A DNA stretch of 64,000 nucleotides from the NCBI GenBank assembly GCA_043736395.1, contig JAYTCQ010000354.1:3723-67722 (forward strand), read 5' to 3'. Positions within the stretch are counted from its first letter, which is position 1. Every line of letters begins with the position of its first letter. Under the pieces are notes generated by a model, which saw only the letters and a program-made list of their open reading frames with translations, searched no databases and was not told the origin of the DNA. Source of the DNA: Blastocatellia bacterium. GTDB lineage: Bacteria; Acidobacteriota; Blastocatellia; RBC074. This document shows, piece after piece, positions 47,404 to 58,709 of the stretch. Made by a program: the position numbers and the translations under genes.

Positions 47404-48057
47404 TTACTGTTTGAGCTGTGCCTGAATGTCATCCTTACTGGTTCCTTTTTTTACCCAGTTAGGAACTTCATTCAAGCGTTCGCTAAGGCCCAGAACAAAG
47501 GTGCAATTTGCATCGCCGCGCGCTACACATGAAATTTCATGTGCCGCTATTGCAGAATTACTGGCGTGTGAAAACATGCCCGCTAATGCACCTGCTGCCA
47601 AATGATCAATTGGCATTCCTTTGGCGTCGCGTCCGCTTTTGGCAAACACTTCCGCGAAGGGCGTATCCGAAACCTGAGCGTAAATCAAACCTTGTTTGAT
47701 GTTGTTCAGTTCAAAGCTCAACTTGCCCCAGCCTTGCGTTCCCCAGGCTTCAACCAGCGAAGCATGAACATGTGCGGTTGGTAATTCTTCCAACGCTGAA
47801 CCGTAATACGCACTCAGCTCTTTTTCGTAGCGCTGCATTTGTCGGCGTCCCCACCATTCGCCGCATTTGTAGAGCACAACCGGCCACGCCTGCCCGCATT
47901 CATCTTCGAGGCTTTCCAATAAGCCCAGCGTAAATTCAAACGGGAATGCCACCAGGCGCGTACCGCTGCGTGAAGTGATGACGCCTTTTCCAGCGTCTAA
48001 ATCAACGTAGTCAAGATGCGAAAAATAATTCGCTTTCATGGCTGTAGCCAGACTCAT
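47404..48057 (-). CDS. V4R (4-vinyl-reductase-like) domain protein, paralog A.
   Basis: C-terminal 'EISCVARGDANCTFVLG' matches the V4R 'E..C.A.GD..C.F' signature. Start at internal ATG with GGGAGGAA RBS. Paralog of 49234-49899 (the N-terminal 'KANYFSHLDYVDLDAGKG' aligns with 'KHNYYTREDFFNFASDKG'). Confidence 0.6.
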   Translation of the reverse strand: MSLATAMKANYFSHLDYVDLDAGKGVITSRSGTRLVAFPFEFTLGLLESLEDECGQAWPVVLYKCGEWWGRRQMQRYEKELSAYYGSALEELPTAHVHASLVEAWGTQGWGKLSFELNNIKQGLIYAQVSDTPFAEVFAKSGRDAKGMPIDHLAAGALAGMFSHASNSAIAAHEISCVARGDANCTFVLGLSERLNEVPNWVKKGTSKDDIQAQLKQ

Positions 48058-48077
48058 AACGTTTCCTCCCGTACAAA

Positions 48078-48581
48078 TTAATTGGATTGCCCTGCGGCTG
48101 CGGCCTGTTCTTCCGAACACAGCACATCAATCACGACACTGACATATTGATTGATCTCTTCTGCATCTTCGGCACTCATTTCCTGACGTACCAAATCCTG
48201 CACGGTTTCATAAGTGCTGCGGACAAAGTTCGTATCAATGTCCATGGACATGAAGATCGTTTTCAACCAATACAACAACTTTTGACGAAGCATTTCCGGA
48301 TCGCCATTGACCATCGCCAAGGCGCAGTACCGTAAAACCAGCGTCACATCACGCATACCTTTTTCGGCAGCTTGAGGATGTTTTTGCGGAAAGTCAGGGA
48401 ATTTTTCAAATGACTTATCCACCGTTGCCGCCACGATATTTTTTTCCTTCTCTTCCAATCGTTGCATGATGGCGAGGCGACGTTCATACGCACGTGCAGT
48501 CTCGATGATGGTGTTATTTTCTTCAGGGGTGAAGTACCGGCCTTCGGCACTTCGCATGATGTCAGCAATTTGTCTATTCAT
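48078..48581 (-). CDS. Phycobiliprotein-fold globin-like protein (phycobilisome-protein family homolog; BBAG-like).
   Basis: 'MNRQIADIMRSAEGRYFTPEENNTIIETARAYERRLAIMQRLEEKEKNIVAATVDKSFEKFPDF...MRDVTLVLRYCALAMVNGDPEMLRQ...SAEDAEEINQYVSVVIDVL' aligns along its whole length with allophycocyanin-alpha-type sequences ('ARYLSPGELDRIKSF...GERRLRIAQTL.ENRERIVKQA...LF.K.PD...CLRDLDYYLRLVTY...GD...SAEDAAEAGSYFDFVI'). Confidence 0.7.
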   Translation of the reverse strand: MNRQIADIMRSAEGRYFTPEENNTIIETARAYERRLAIMQRLEEKEKNIVAATVDKSFEKFPDFPQKHPQAAEKGMRDVTLVLRYCALAMVNGDPEMLRQKLLYWLKTIFMSMDIDTNFVRSTYETVQDLVRQEMSAEDAEEINQYVSVVIDVLCSEEQAAAAGQSN

Positions 48582-48598
48582 AGATGGCAAAGTCCTTT

Positions 48599-49213
48599 CT
48601 AGGAGCGAGTGTTTCCGCCGTCACTGACAAGAAATTCTTCCAGCAATCCGGCAATATTTAATCCATTTGTATTGATTGAAGGGCTAGGCCATTTGGTCTT
48701 AATTGACTCAAGTGTGTAGCCTTCCTGAGATTTCGATTCTGTCATTGCGGCTGGAGCAGGCGCTTCTTCCACACCATTTCCGCTCAGCCAAGCCAAAAGA
48801 TTTTTCCAGGGTTGCACGGCAAGGCTTAATTGAAGTGCAACACGAACGGTTGAGGTCTCAACATCAGTTGCAGTCGCGAGCGCCGGAGCTGCTACAATTT
48901 CTTCGACAGGTTCTTGATACCCCGACAGAAATTGAAGTGTATCTTTCCAGGGTCTGACCGCTAATGAAAGAGATTTATTATTGATTTTCTTGATGGCCAC
49001 ATCGGTCGCAGCCGCTGAAGAAGCTTCTATGCCAGGTGCAATATCTACACTCAAAGCATGTGCCGGAGCGCCCGCCAGAGCTGCTCCGTCGAGCGAATCA
49101 GATGATAGTGCGGCATCTTTGTTTTTCGCATTATTTTCAGCGGATTCATTACTGCCTTCGCCGACAAAATCTTGCAGGAATGAACCTAGTGTTTGCGTGG
49201 GAACTTTTTGCAT
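48599..49213 (-). CDS. Hypothetical protein with two ~33-aa internal repeats (L.LAV.PWK..L.FLSG).
   Basis: 'SLSLAVRPWKDTLQFLSGYQEPVEEIVAAPALA' / 'QLSLAVQPWKNLLAWLSGNGVEEAPAPAA'; strong GGAGGTGA RBS. Confidence 0.4.
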   Translation of the reverse strand: MQKVPTQTLGSFLQDFVGEGSNESAENNAKNKDAALSSDSLDGAALAGAPAHALSVDIAPGIEASSAAATDVAIKKINNKSLSLAVRPWKDTLQFLSGYQEPVEEIVAAPALATATDVETSTVRVALQLSLAVQPWKNLLAWLSGNGVEEAPAPAAMTESKSQEGYTLESIKTKWPSPSINTNGLNIAGLLEEFLVSDGGNTRS

Positions 49214-49233
49214 AATGAGTCTTCACCTCCGGT

Positions 49234-49899
49234 TCACTCTGAAATTTTTTCGATGATTTCGGTCGCGGAAGCGCCTTCACGCAGCCAGAATTCTGCCGCA
49301 TCAATACGATTGCCTGAACCAATAATGAATTTGCAGAAATCCTCGCCCATCGCGTAACACTGCACTTCGATGCCGGAGAGATCGCGCTGTGTCAAATACG
49401 TGAAGACACCTGCGAACATTCCTGCGTAAACGTGGCAAACTGGTTTGCCAACATTGCCCAGGCTTTTCGCAACGGCACTATCGAACAGGTCAATAAAAAT
49501 CATGCCTTGCTTGCGCTGCGAAGTGTTGACCTTCCAAGCTCCCCAGCCTTCAGCCTGTAACGGCCACCACCAGGTTTCCAGAAAGAAATTCGCGTTCATT
49601 TCGCTGAGCTTTTTCCCGAATTCCGCTTCAACCATTGGCACGAAGGTTTTCATGTCCTCCAAGCCCCAGCGAAATCCTGCCTTATACATAATCATCGCCG
49701 AAGCGTCGCCGACTTCTTCTTCCAATCCTTGCTGCAATCCAACGACGAAATCTTCTGTCGCCAGAAAAGTACGCAGACCAGCGCGTGTGTGCACAGTGCC
49801 TTTGTCAGAAGCAAAGTTGAAAAAATCTTCGCGGGTATAATAATTATGTTTGATCGGCTGCTGGCCGATGATTACTTCTTGAGCGGTCATTTCGATCAT
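49234..49899 (-). CDS. V4R domain protein, paralog B.
   Basis: C-terminal 'EVQCYAMGEDFCKFIIG' V4R signature; AAGGAG RBS before internal ATG (MIEMTAQEV). Confidence 0.6.
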   Translation of the reverse strand: MIEMTAQEVIIGQQPIKHNYYTREDFFNFASDKGTVHTRAGLRTFLATEDFVVGLQQGLEEEVGDASAMIMYKAGFRWGLEDMKTFVPMVEAEFGKKLSEMNANFFLETWWWPLQAEGWGAWKVNTSQRKQGMIFIDLFDSAVAKSLGNVGKPVCHVYAGMFAGVFTYLTQRDLSGIEVQCYAMGEDFCKFIIGSGNRIDAAEFWLREGASATEIIEKISE

Positions 49900-49942
49900 T
49901 TGCAAAACTCCTTTTGTTATCCACTAAAAAATGTGCGCGGGA

Positions 49943-50428
49943 TTACATAATGCGCTCAGACGCCTGCAACATTTCGAGCACATCCGTCTCGATATTTTTG
50001 AGCGACATGATCACACTGCGCGTAATGATTTTGCCCTGTGGAATCAAGGCGACGCCTGTCACCGGATGAATAATTGTTTCATCCGCACGGCGTCCGATTA
50101 ATGATTCCAGACTGGCGAGCGACTCCAGATAAATCCCTTGTGGGACTTCGACGACACAACCATCGGCAATGATTTTCGCCTGGCAGGCAAGCCGGGAAGC
50201 GGCGGTCGTGCCGGAAATAAGTGACAAGGTTGAGATTTCACGTGGCGTTTGTGGCGATAGCGAGCCATTCCCGTCCAGCACTTTAATGTGGCAGGTGGCA
50301 CATAATCCTTTGCCTCCGCAAACTGCTTTGACGCGACCCTGTGATTGCGCCAGTAACACAGAAATTACATTGGCGCGCGTGAGAACATCTATGTCTGTTC
50401 CAATTGGTTCGATACGGATATTTTTCAT
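49943..50428 (-). CDS. Plant-type [2Fe-2S] ferredoxin with ~70-aa C-terminal extension.
   Basis: 'CGGKGLCATCHIKV ... ACQAKI' Cys ligand pattern (C-x4-C-x2-C ... C); AGGAGG RBS; ATGA overlap with the upstream gene. Confidence 0.75.
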   Translation of the reverse strand: MKNIRIEPIGTDIDVLTRANVISVLLAQSQGRVKAVCGGKGLCATCHIKVLDGNGSLSPQTPREISTLSLISGTTAASRLACQAKIIADGCVVEVPQGIYLESLASLESLIGRRADETIIHPVTGVALIPQGKIITRSVIMSLKNIETDVLEMLQASERIM

Positions 50429-50928
50429 GCTCCGCCTCCTTTAAAAAGATAAAAATTCAGTGCTTCACGTTCAATTGTTTCGGTTGGTTCTGGTGCTTCC
50501 GGCACTTCGTCTTTTTCGCCAGCCAAAATCTGCTGAAGGTAAAGATTCTTAACCAAAAAAGTTGACCTGCCAGTGGGGATTCCATCTTTGGTGAGGAGCG
50601 AAGCGGCTTGGTGATTAAAAGGAATAATTAATTGTGTGGGCAGGTCTACAGCTACCAATAAACTCAGCGAAAGAAACTCTCTTGCCCATTGCGAGGCTAA
50701 CTGGAAATCCTGCGGCTTAGCTGCCAGCTCTGGTTCGCTAACTTGAATCGTTGCCTCTTTAGACACAGAAAAAAGGTCACGCCAGACATCTGGTCGCGTC
50801 TGCCTCCAATTGTTGACGACCGAACTCCGCCCCAAATAGCCAGCAGCCATGAGCGAAATTTCGCTCAACCCTGCGGCAATCTTATCCAGCGTATTAAACT
50901 GTAAAGGGAGATATTCCATCTGTGGCAT
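50425..50928 (-). CDS. Hypothetical protein, first gene of the bilin/gvp locus.
   Basis: 167 aa; no recognisable motif; its stop overlaps the ferredoxin start. Confidence 0.35.
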   Translation of the reverse strand: MPQMEYLPLQFNTLDKIAAGLSEISLMAAGYLGRSSVVNNWRQTRPDVWRDLFSVSKEATIQVSEPELAAKPQDFQLASQWAREFLSLSLLVAVDLPTQLIIPFNHQAASLLTKDGIPTGRSTFLVKNLYLQQILAGEKDEVPEAPEPTETIEREALNFYLFKGGGA

Positions 50929-50973
50929 ACATCAAGGAAGGGCAATTTCTAGACAAGTTTTACCCTACAACCT

Positions 50974-50998
50974 TTGAAAATTTGTCGTAAATTTTCAA
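50974..50998. promoter_or_regulatory. Perfect 10-bp inverted repeat TTGAAAATTT-N5-AAATTTTCAA 46-70 nt upstream of the first gene of the locus; candidate operator/promoter element.
   Basis: ttgaaaatttgtcgtaaattttcaa read directly. Confidence 0.35.
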
Positions 50999-51301
50999 AA
51001 TGAAACGAAACGTGAGGAGCCAGTCAGTTTCAAAAATAAGCCCGGGTAGAAAGCTTAAAAAACCAGCTCAGACTTGGAGGAGCCAATCCGGCAACAACAC
51101 ATCATCACCGTCTAACATTGTTTATCATAGGCTAATTAAATGTGTCAACTTATAATATTTTCAGGGCTTTAGTTAGAATATATCCTCAACTATGCAGGCA
51201 AGTTAGCAGAATTTTTTATTTGGTTTTCAGGTTGGATACACTGGTGACAGCGATGATAGAAAGTACAAATAGTGTGCTGCCTGGAGGTAAAAAATCAGGA
51301 A

Positions 51302-52444
51302 TTATTGAATCCATCCGCCGCCAACAACAACATCTTCATCAAAAAAAACCGTCGCCTGACCTGGAGTGATGGCACGTTGCGGTTCGTCGAAAGTGACGAT
51401 GACGGTGTTGTTTTCTCCAGCTCTAATTGTGGCTTCGGCTTCTTTAGCACGAGAACGGATTTTCACGGTGACACGCATTGGTTCCGTTAATTTTTCTACG
51501 GAAATCCAGTTGGGACGAACCGCAATCATTTCGCGTTTGAATAAATTTTCGTGCGCTCCGACGATGACTTGATTTTTGTCGGCATTCACTTCGACGACGT
51601 AAAGGGGATCACTGTGTGGACTCGATGGAGAAATTCCAACGCCGCGTCGTTGGCCTATTGTGTAGCGATGAATTCCTGAATGTTCGCCAATCACTTCGCC
51701 TTCTGTCGTCACGATGCTTCCGATCTGCGGAGCATTCGGACGTTTTTCGATTTGTACCAACGGCTGCGGCAAAGCTTTTTGCTCATCTAAATACCGATCA
51801 ATAAATTTTGAATAATTGCCGTCCGGGATAAAACAAATTTCCTGGCTTTCGGCCTTTTGCGCCGTCGGCAATCCTGCCGCTTCGGCGATGTCACGCGCTT
51901 CCTGTTTGCTCATTCCACCCAATGGAAACAGAGCGTAGCTCAATTGTTCCTGCGTCAATTCAAATAAAAAATACGACTGATCTTTTGCCCGATTCGGCGA
52001 GCGCAGCAGCAACCAGCGACCACGATTTTCATCGTATTTCACGCCTGCATAATGCCCGGTAGCAACTTTCTCCGCGCCAACGCTTTTCGTCATTTCGACG
52101 AGCTTATCGAATTTTAAATAGGAATTGCACGCGACGCACGGACTAGGAGTTTGACCCTGCAAATATTTATCCACGAACGGCGCGACGACATCGCGTTCAA
52201 ATTCATCTTCGAGATTTAGAATATAAAACGGGAAGCCCAATTTATTCGCTACGACACGCGCATCGTATAAATCATCCAGCGAACAACAACGCGAAGGCAA
52301 TGGTTCGCCATCTGGTCCAACATTGATGCGGCGCTGATTCCAAAGCTGCATCGAAAATCCGACCAGTTCGTGTCCTTGATTTTTTAGCAAAGCGGCAGCA
52401 GTGGAACTGTCTACGCCTCCGCTCATCGCAACAGCAATCATCAT
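51302..52444 (-). CDS. mnmA: tRNA-specific 2-thiouridylase MnmA.
   Basis: PP-loop '[11 protein letters not shown]'; catalytic Cys region 'SPCVACN'; C-terminal beta-barrel. Confidence 0.85.
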   Translation of the reverse strand: MMIAVAMSGGVDSSTAAALLKNQGHELVGFSMQLWNQRRINVGPDGEPLPSRCCSLDDLYDARVVANKLGFPFYILNLEDEFERDVVAPFVDKYLQGQTPSPCVACNSYLKFDKLVEMTKSVGAEKVATGHYAGVKYDENRGRWLLLRSPNRAKDQSYFLFELTQEQLSYALFPLGGMSKQEARDIAEAAGLPTAQKAESQEICFIPDGNYSKFIDRYLDEQKALPQPLVQIEKRPNAPQIGSIVTTEGEVIGEHSGIHRYTIGQRRGVGISPSSPHSDPLYVVEVNADKNQVIVGAHENLFKREMIAVRPNWISVEKLTEPMRVTVKIRSRAKEAEATIRAGENNTVIVTFDEPQRAITPGQATVFFDEDVVVGGGWIQ

Positions 52445-52583
52445 TTTTAATCTCAATTTGAAGCTTATTTTTCAGCTTTCAATTTTCAAATCATCGAATA
52501 TTGATGCTAAGATACAAAGACGTATTCTAGCATAAGCTTCATTCGTACTGCACAAATCCAGGCAAAGGATCATTAATTTACCC

Positions 52584-53435
52584 ATGGCAAAAAGTTCGCC
52601 TATGAATTCCAAATCGCAAGCCTCACTCACCTCTGATCAGGTCTTAGAAAAATTTCGCATCTCTTCTGAACCTTATTACTTAAATGTCAAAGAAGAAGCG
52701 AATATTTTCGAAAAAGCCTATAAATCCAAGCTGCCCGTGATGCTGAAAGGGCCAACCGGTTGCGGCAAAACGCGCTTTGTTCAGGCGATGGCGTACCGCT
52801 TGGGATTACCGCTCATCACCGTCGCGTGTCACGAAGATTTATCCGCAACTGATTTAATCGGACGCTTTTTGCTGGAAGGCGAAGAGACTGTTTGGCACGA
52901 TGGCCCATTAACTACCGCCGTACGTCACGGCGCGATTTGTTACCTTGATGAAGTCGTCGAAGCCCGCAAAGACACGATCGTTTGCATTCATCCATTAACC
53001 GATGACCGTCGTGTTTTGCCCGTCGAAAAAATCGGTGAATTACTCGGCGCGCCCGATAATTTTATGCTGGTGATTTCATACAATCCCGGCTATCAAAGCG
53101 TCCTGAAAGATTTGAAGCAATCCACCCGACAAAGATTTATTTCGCTGGAATTCGATTACCCACCCGCTGAAGCCGAAGCGCAGATTGTCGCCCGTGAAGG
53201 TGGCGTCCAGGAAAGTATTGCACGTGATCTGGTGAAAATTGGGGAGAAAGTTCGCAACCTGAAAGGTCACGGATTAGAAGAAGGCGTCTCGACGCGCCTG
53301 CTGGTGTACGCTGCGCAAATGATTTCCGCTGGCGTAGATGCAATCACCGCCTGCGAAATCGCAATCGCCAGCCCCATCACCGATGATTCCGAACTGCAAC
53401 GCGGCATCCGTGAAATTGTCACAACTGTAGTGTAA
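52584..53435 (+). CDS. CbbQ/NirQ/NorQ/GvpN-family (MoxR-like) AAA+ ATPase.
   Basis: Walker A 'GPTGCGKT'; '[11 protein letters not shown]' Walker B; ~280 aa, typical of CbbQ. Confidence 0.8.
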   Translation: MAKSSPMNSKSQASLTSDQVLEKFRISSEPYYLNVKEEANIFEKAYKSKLPVMLKGPTGCGKTRFVQAMAYRLGLPLITVACHEDLSATDLIGRFLLEGEETVWHDGPLTTAVRHGAICYLDEVVEARKDTIVCIHPLTDDRRVLPVEKIGELLGAPDNFMLVISYNPGYQSVLKDLKQSTRQRFISLEFDYPPAEAEAQIVAREGGVQESIARDLVKIGEKVRNLKGHGLEEGVSTRLLVYAAQMISAGVDAITACEIAIASPITDDSELQRGIREIVTTVV

Positions 53436-53513
53436 AAATGCAGGGAGCAGGGCTAAGGGAACAAGGAAATATTAATCCTTTTTCTCTCGCCCTGCTCCCT
53501 AATCCCTTTCTTT

Positions 53514-56645
<3,132 letters not shown>

Positions 56646-56651
56646 TACATT

Positions 56652-57098
56652 TCAGATATTTTTCTGTCTTGGATCGTCTTCAGGTGGATGCCTGTTGACT
56701 GCCACATCAGCTTCTCGAATTAACAATACACGTTCTCGATTAAACTCAAATAAGTCAGATGTTGCCCTCCCGATGTTGGTCAATGGAAAGATTCTGAGTC
56801 CATCAGCCGACCAGATAAAATGATCTGCCCAGTTATTATTACGAGGATTAAAAATAAAAACTTCATCGCCACTTTCGGCGTCCATGGCTTTTTGTTTTCC
56901 AGATTTACGACGATTACAAAAGAAACAGGCTAAGGCAAGATTATCTAAAGATTCTGAACCGCTTTCTGTGACAGGAATTACATGATCAATAGTAAACCGC
57001 ACGTATTGCCAACGTTCATTGGTGTGACAATACTCACATAAACGATTAGCACGCTGACGAACTTGTGTTTGAAGAAGAGTAGAAAATTTACGAGGCAC
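56652..57098 (-). CDS. HNH endonuclease (cassette copy B).
   Basis: 'CEYCHTNE...IDHVIPVTESGSESLDNLALACFFCNRRK' plus downstream 'FNPRNNNWADHFIWS' matching copy A 'FNPNLKNWTEHFGWD'. Confidence 0.7.
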   Translation of the reverse strand: MPRKFSTLLQTQVRQRANRLCEYCHTNERWQYVRFTIDHVIPVTESGSESLDNLALACFFCNRRKSGKQKAMDAESGDEVFIFNPRNNNWADHFIWSADGLRIFPLTNIGRATSDLFEFNRERVLLIREADVAVNRHPPEDDPRQKNI

Positions 57099-57384
57099 GA
57101 GGAAGTTCCTGCAATTGAGTCTGCGTCAAATTACGGGTGAGGCGATTCAGAAAACTAAGATAATCATCAATACTTTCATACTCATCTAATTCTGTTTCTT
57201 CCGATGCAGATAATTTCGTCATCTTTTGCTTCTCAAGCAATTCTTCAATTCGTTCTTGTGTGATTTGGGAAACCCGCAAGACCACTGCGCCTTCAACTAC
57301 TTCAAGATTGACTGCGCCTTCGCGGGGCAAAGTGTTTGGCAGTTTGCCAATTTGCGGGACAGGCTGAACTAAGGTTAATGTCAT
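57088..57384 (-). CDS. Small hypothetical protein, upstream partner of HNH copy B.
   Basis: 98 aa; overlaps the HNH start by 11 nt; acidic helical C-terminal half as in the copy-A partner. Confidence 0.4.
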   Translation of the reverse strand: MTLTLVQPVPQIGKLPNTLPREGAVNLEVVEGAVVLRVSQITQERIEELLEKQKMTKLSASEETELDEYESIDDYLSFLNRLTRNLTQTQLQELPRAS

Positions 57385-57442
57385 AATTCCTCCAACGAAC
57401 TTTTACATATCATACTATAGCTACCAAGGATAAAAAATAAGA

Positions 57443-57892
57443 ATGCAAGCCATCATCTTCATTGGCATCCAAGCCTCCGGCAAGTCCACATTTTTTCAGC
57501 AACAATTTTTTCATACGCACCTTCGCCTCAATCTTGATATGCTCAATACGCGGCATCGAGAAGAGATTCTGCTTCGTGCTTGTCTGGAAGCAAAACAGCC
57601 TTTCGTGATTGACAATACCAACGTGACGCGTGAAGACCGCGCCAAATATATCAATGCCGCTAAAGACGTGGGCTTCAATGTGGTTGGCTATTATTTTCAA
57701 TCAAAATTGCAAGAGTCTATTGACCGCAACAGCAAGCGTTCAGGCAAGGCGTTGATTCCAGTAAAAGGAATTCTGGCGACACATCGAAAGTTGAAATTAC
57801 CGAATTACGATGAAGGATTCGATCAGCTATTTTACGTTTCGATCAATGATGTGGGAGAATTTATTGTAACGGAGTGGCGTAATGAAATTTGA
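57443..57892 (+). CDS. P-loop NTPase of polynucleotide-kinase/AAA_33 type.
   Basis: N-terminal Walker A 'GIQASGKST' six residues from the start, as in Pnk/Clp1-like kinases; 149 aa; overlaps the Thg1-like gene start. Confidence 0.55.
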   Translation: MQAIIFIGIQASGKSTFFQQQFFHTHLRLNLDMLNTRHREEILLRACLEAKQPFVIDNTNVTREDRAKYINAAKDVGFNVVGYYFQSKLQESIDRNSKRSGKALIPVKGILATHRKLKLPNYDEGFDQLFYVSINDVGEFIVTEWRNEI

Positions 57893-58652
57893 TGAATTAG
57901 ATGAAAAGATGCGTGCCTACGAAACGGCGTTTGATTTATGTGCTGTGCCAGGAATGTTTCTCGTAGCACGAATTGACGGGCGCAGCTTTACTCGCCTGAC
58001 GAAAGAAGTTCATAAGTTTGAGACTCCTTTTGATGTGCGAGTTCAGGATATGATGGTAGCGACGACGGAGCACCTGATGAATTGCGGGTTTCGATGTGTT
58101 TATGGATACACGCAGTCAGATGAAATTTCACTTTTATTTCATCCTGAAATTGATACGTTTGATCGTAAGCTCCGAAAATATGATTCGATTCTCGCAGGTG
58201 AAGCGAGTGCAAAATTTTCTTTATTGCTTGGTTCACACGCTGCTTTCGATTGCCGCATTTCGCAACTGCCAAATGAAAATTTAGTTCGTGATTATTTCCG
58301 TTGGCGCAATGAAGACGCGCATCGCAACGCACTCAACGGCTATTGTTATTGGCAACTCCGAAAGGACGGCGCAAGCGCAACGCAAGCAACCAAGCAGCTT
58401 AATAAAATGTCAGTTGCCGATAAAAACGAGTTGCTTTTTCAGTACGGCATTAATTTCAATGATGTTCCAAACTGGCAAAAGCGTGGAACCGGATTGTACT
58501 GGGAATCTTTCAGCAAAGCGGGGTTCAATCCCAAGACTGGTCAAGCCGTAATCGCAGAAAGGCGACGTATTAAAATTGATTATGAATTGCCGATGAAAGA
58601 TTCATACGGAGAATTTATTTTGCACTTGTTGTCTCAAACTTCTGAAGAATAA
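57882..58652 (+). CDS. tRNA(His) guanylyltransferase Thg1-like protein (TLP; 3'-5' nucleotidyltransferase).
   Basis: 'VARIDGRSFTRLTK ... PFD ... YTQSDEIS' matches the Thg1 family catalytic core (two-metal carboxylates in 'RIDGR' and 'SDE'). Confidence 0.75.
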   Translation: MKFDELDEKMRAYETAFDLCAVPGMFLVARIDGRSFTRLTKEVHKFETPFDVRVQDMMVATTEHLMNCGFRCVYGYTQSDEISLLFHPEIDTFDRKLRKYDSILAGEASAKFSLLLGSHAAFDCRISQLPNENLVRDYFRWRNEDAHRNALNGYCYWQLRKDGASATQATKQLNKMSVADKNELLFQYGINFNDVPNWQKRGTGLYWESFSKAGFNPKTGQAVIAERRRIKIDYELPMKDSYGEFILHLLSQTSEE

Positions 58653-58709
58653 CAACTGATCATTTCACTTCTTGGAGTCTTCGCTCGATAGACTTATTAT
58701 TCCCGTGCT

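Noticed and set aside
48078-48581. Calling the globin a bona fide light-harvesting phycobiliprotein subunit (e.g. apcA).
   Set aside because: The canonical chromophore-attachment Cys is absent. There are no linker, lyase, or second-subunit genes, and no photosynthesis genes in the window. It is better described as a phycobiliprotein-fold globin-like protein.
50425-50928. Assigning the first gene of the locus as a heme oxygenase or a bilin lyase.
   Set aside because: It has no HO-1/HugZ motifs and no recognisable CpcS/T/E/F signatures. It is left as hypothetical.
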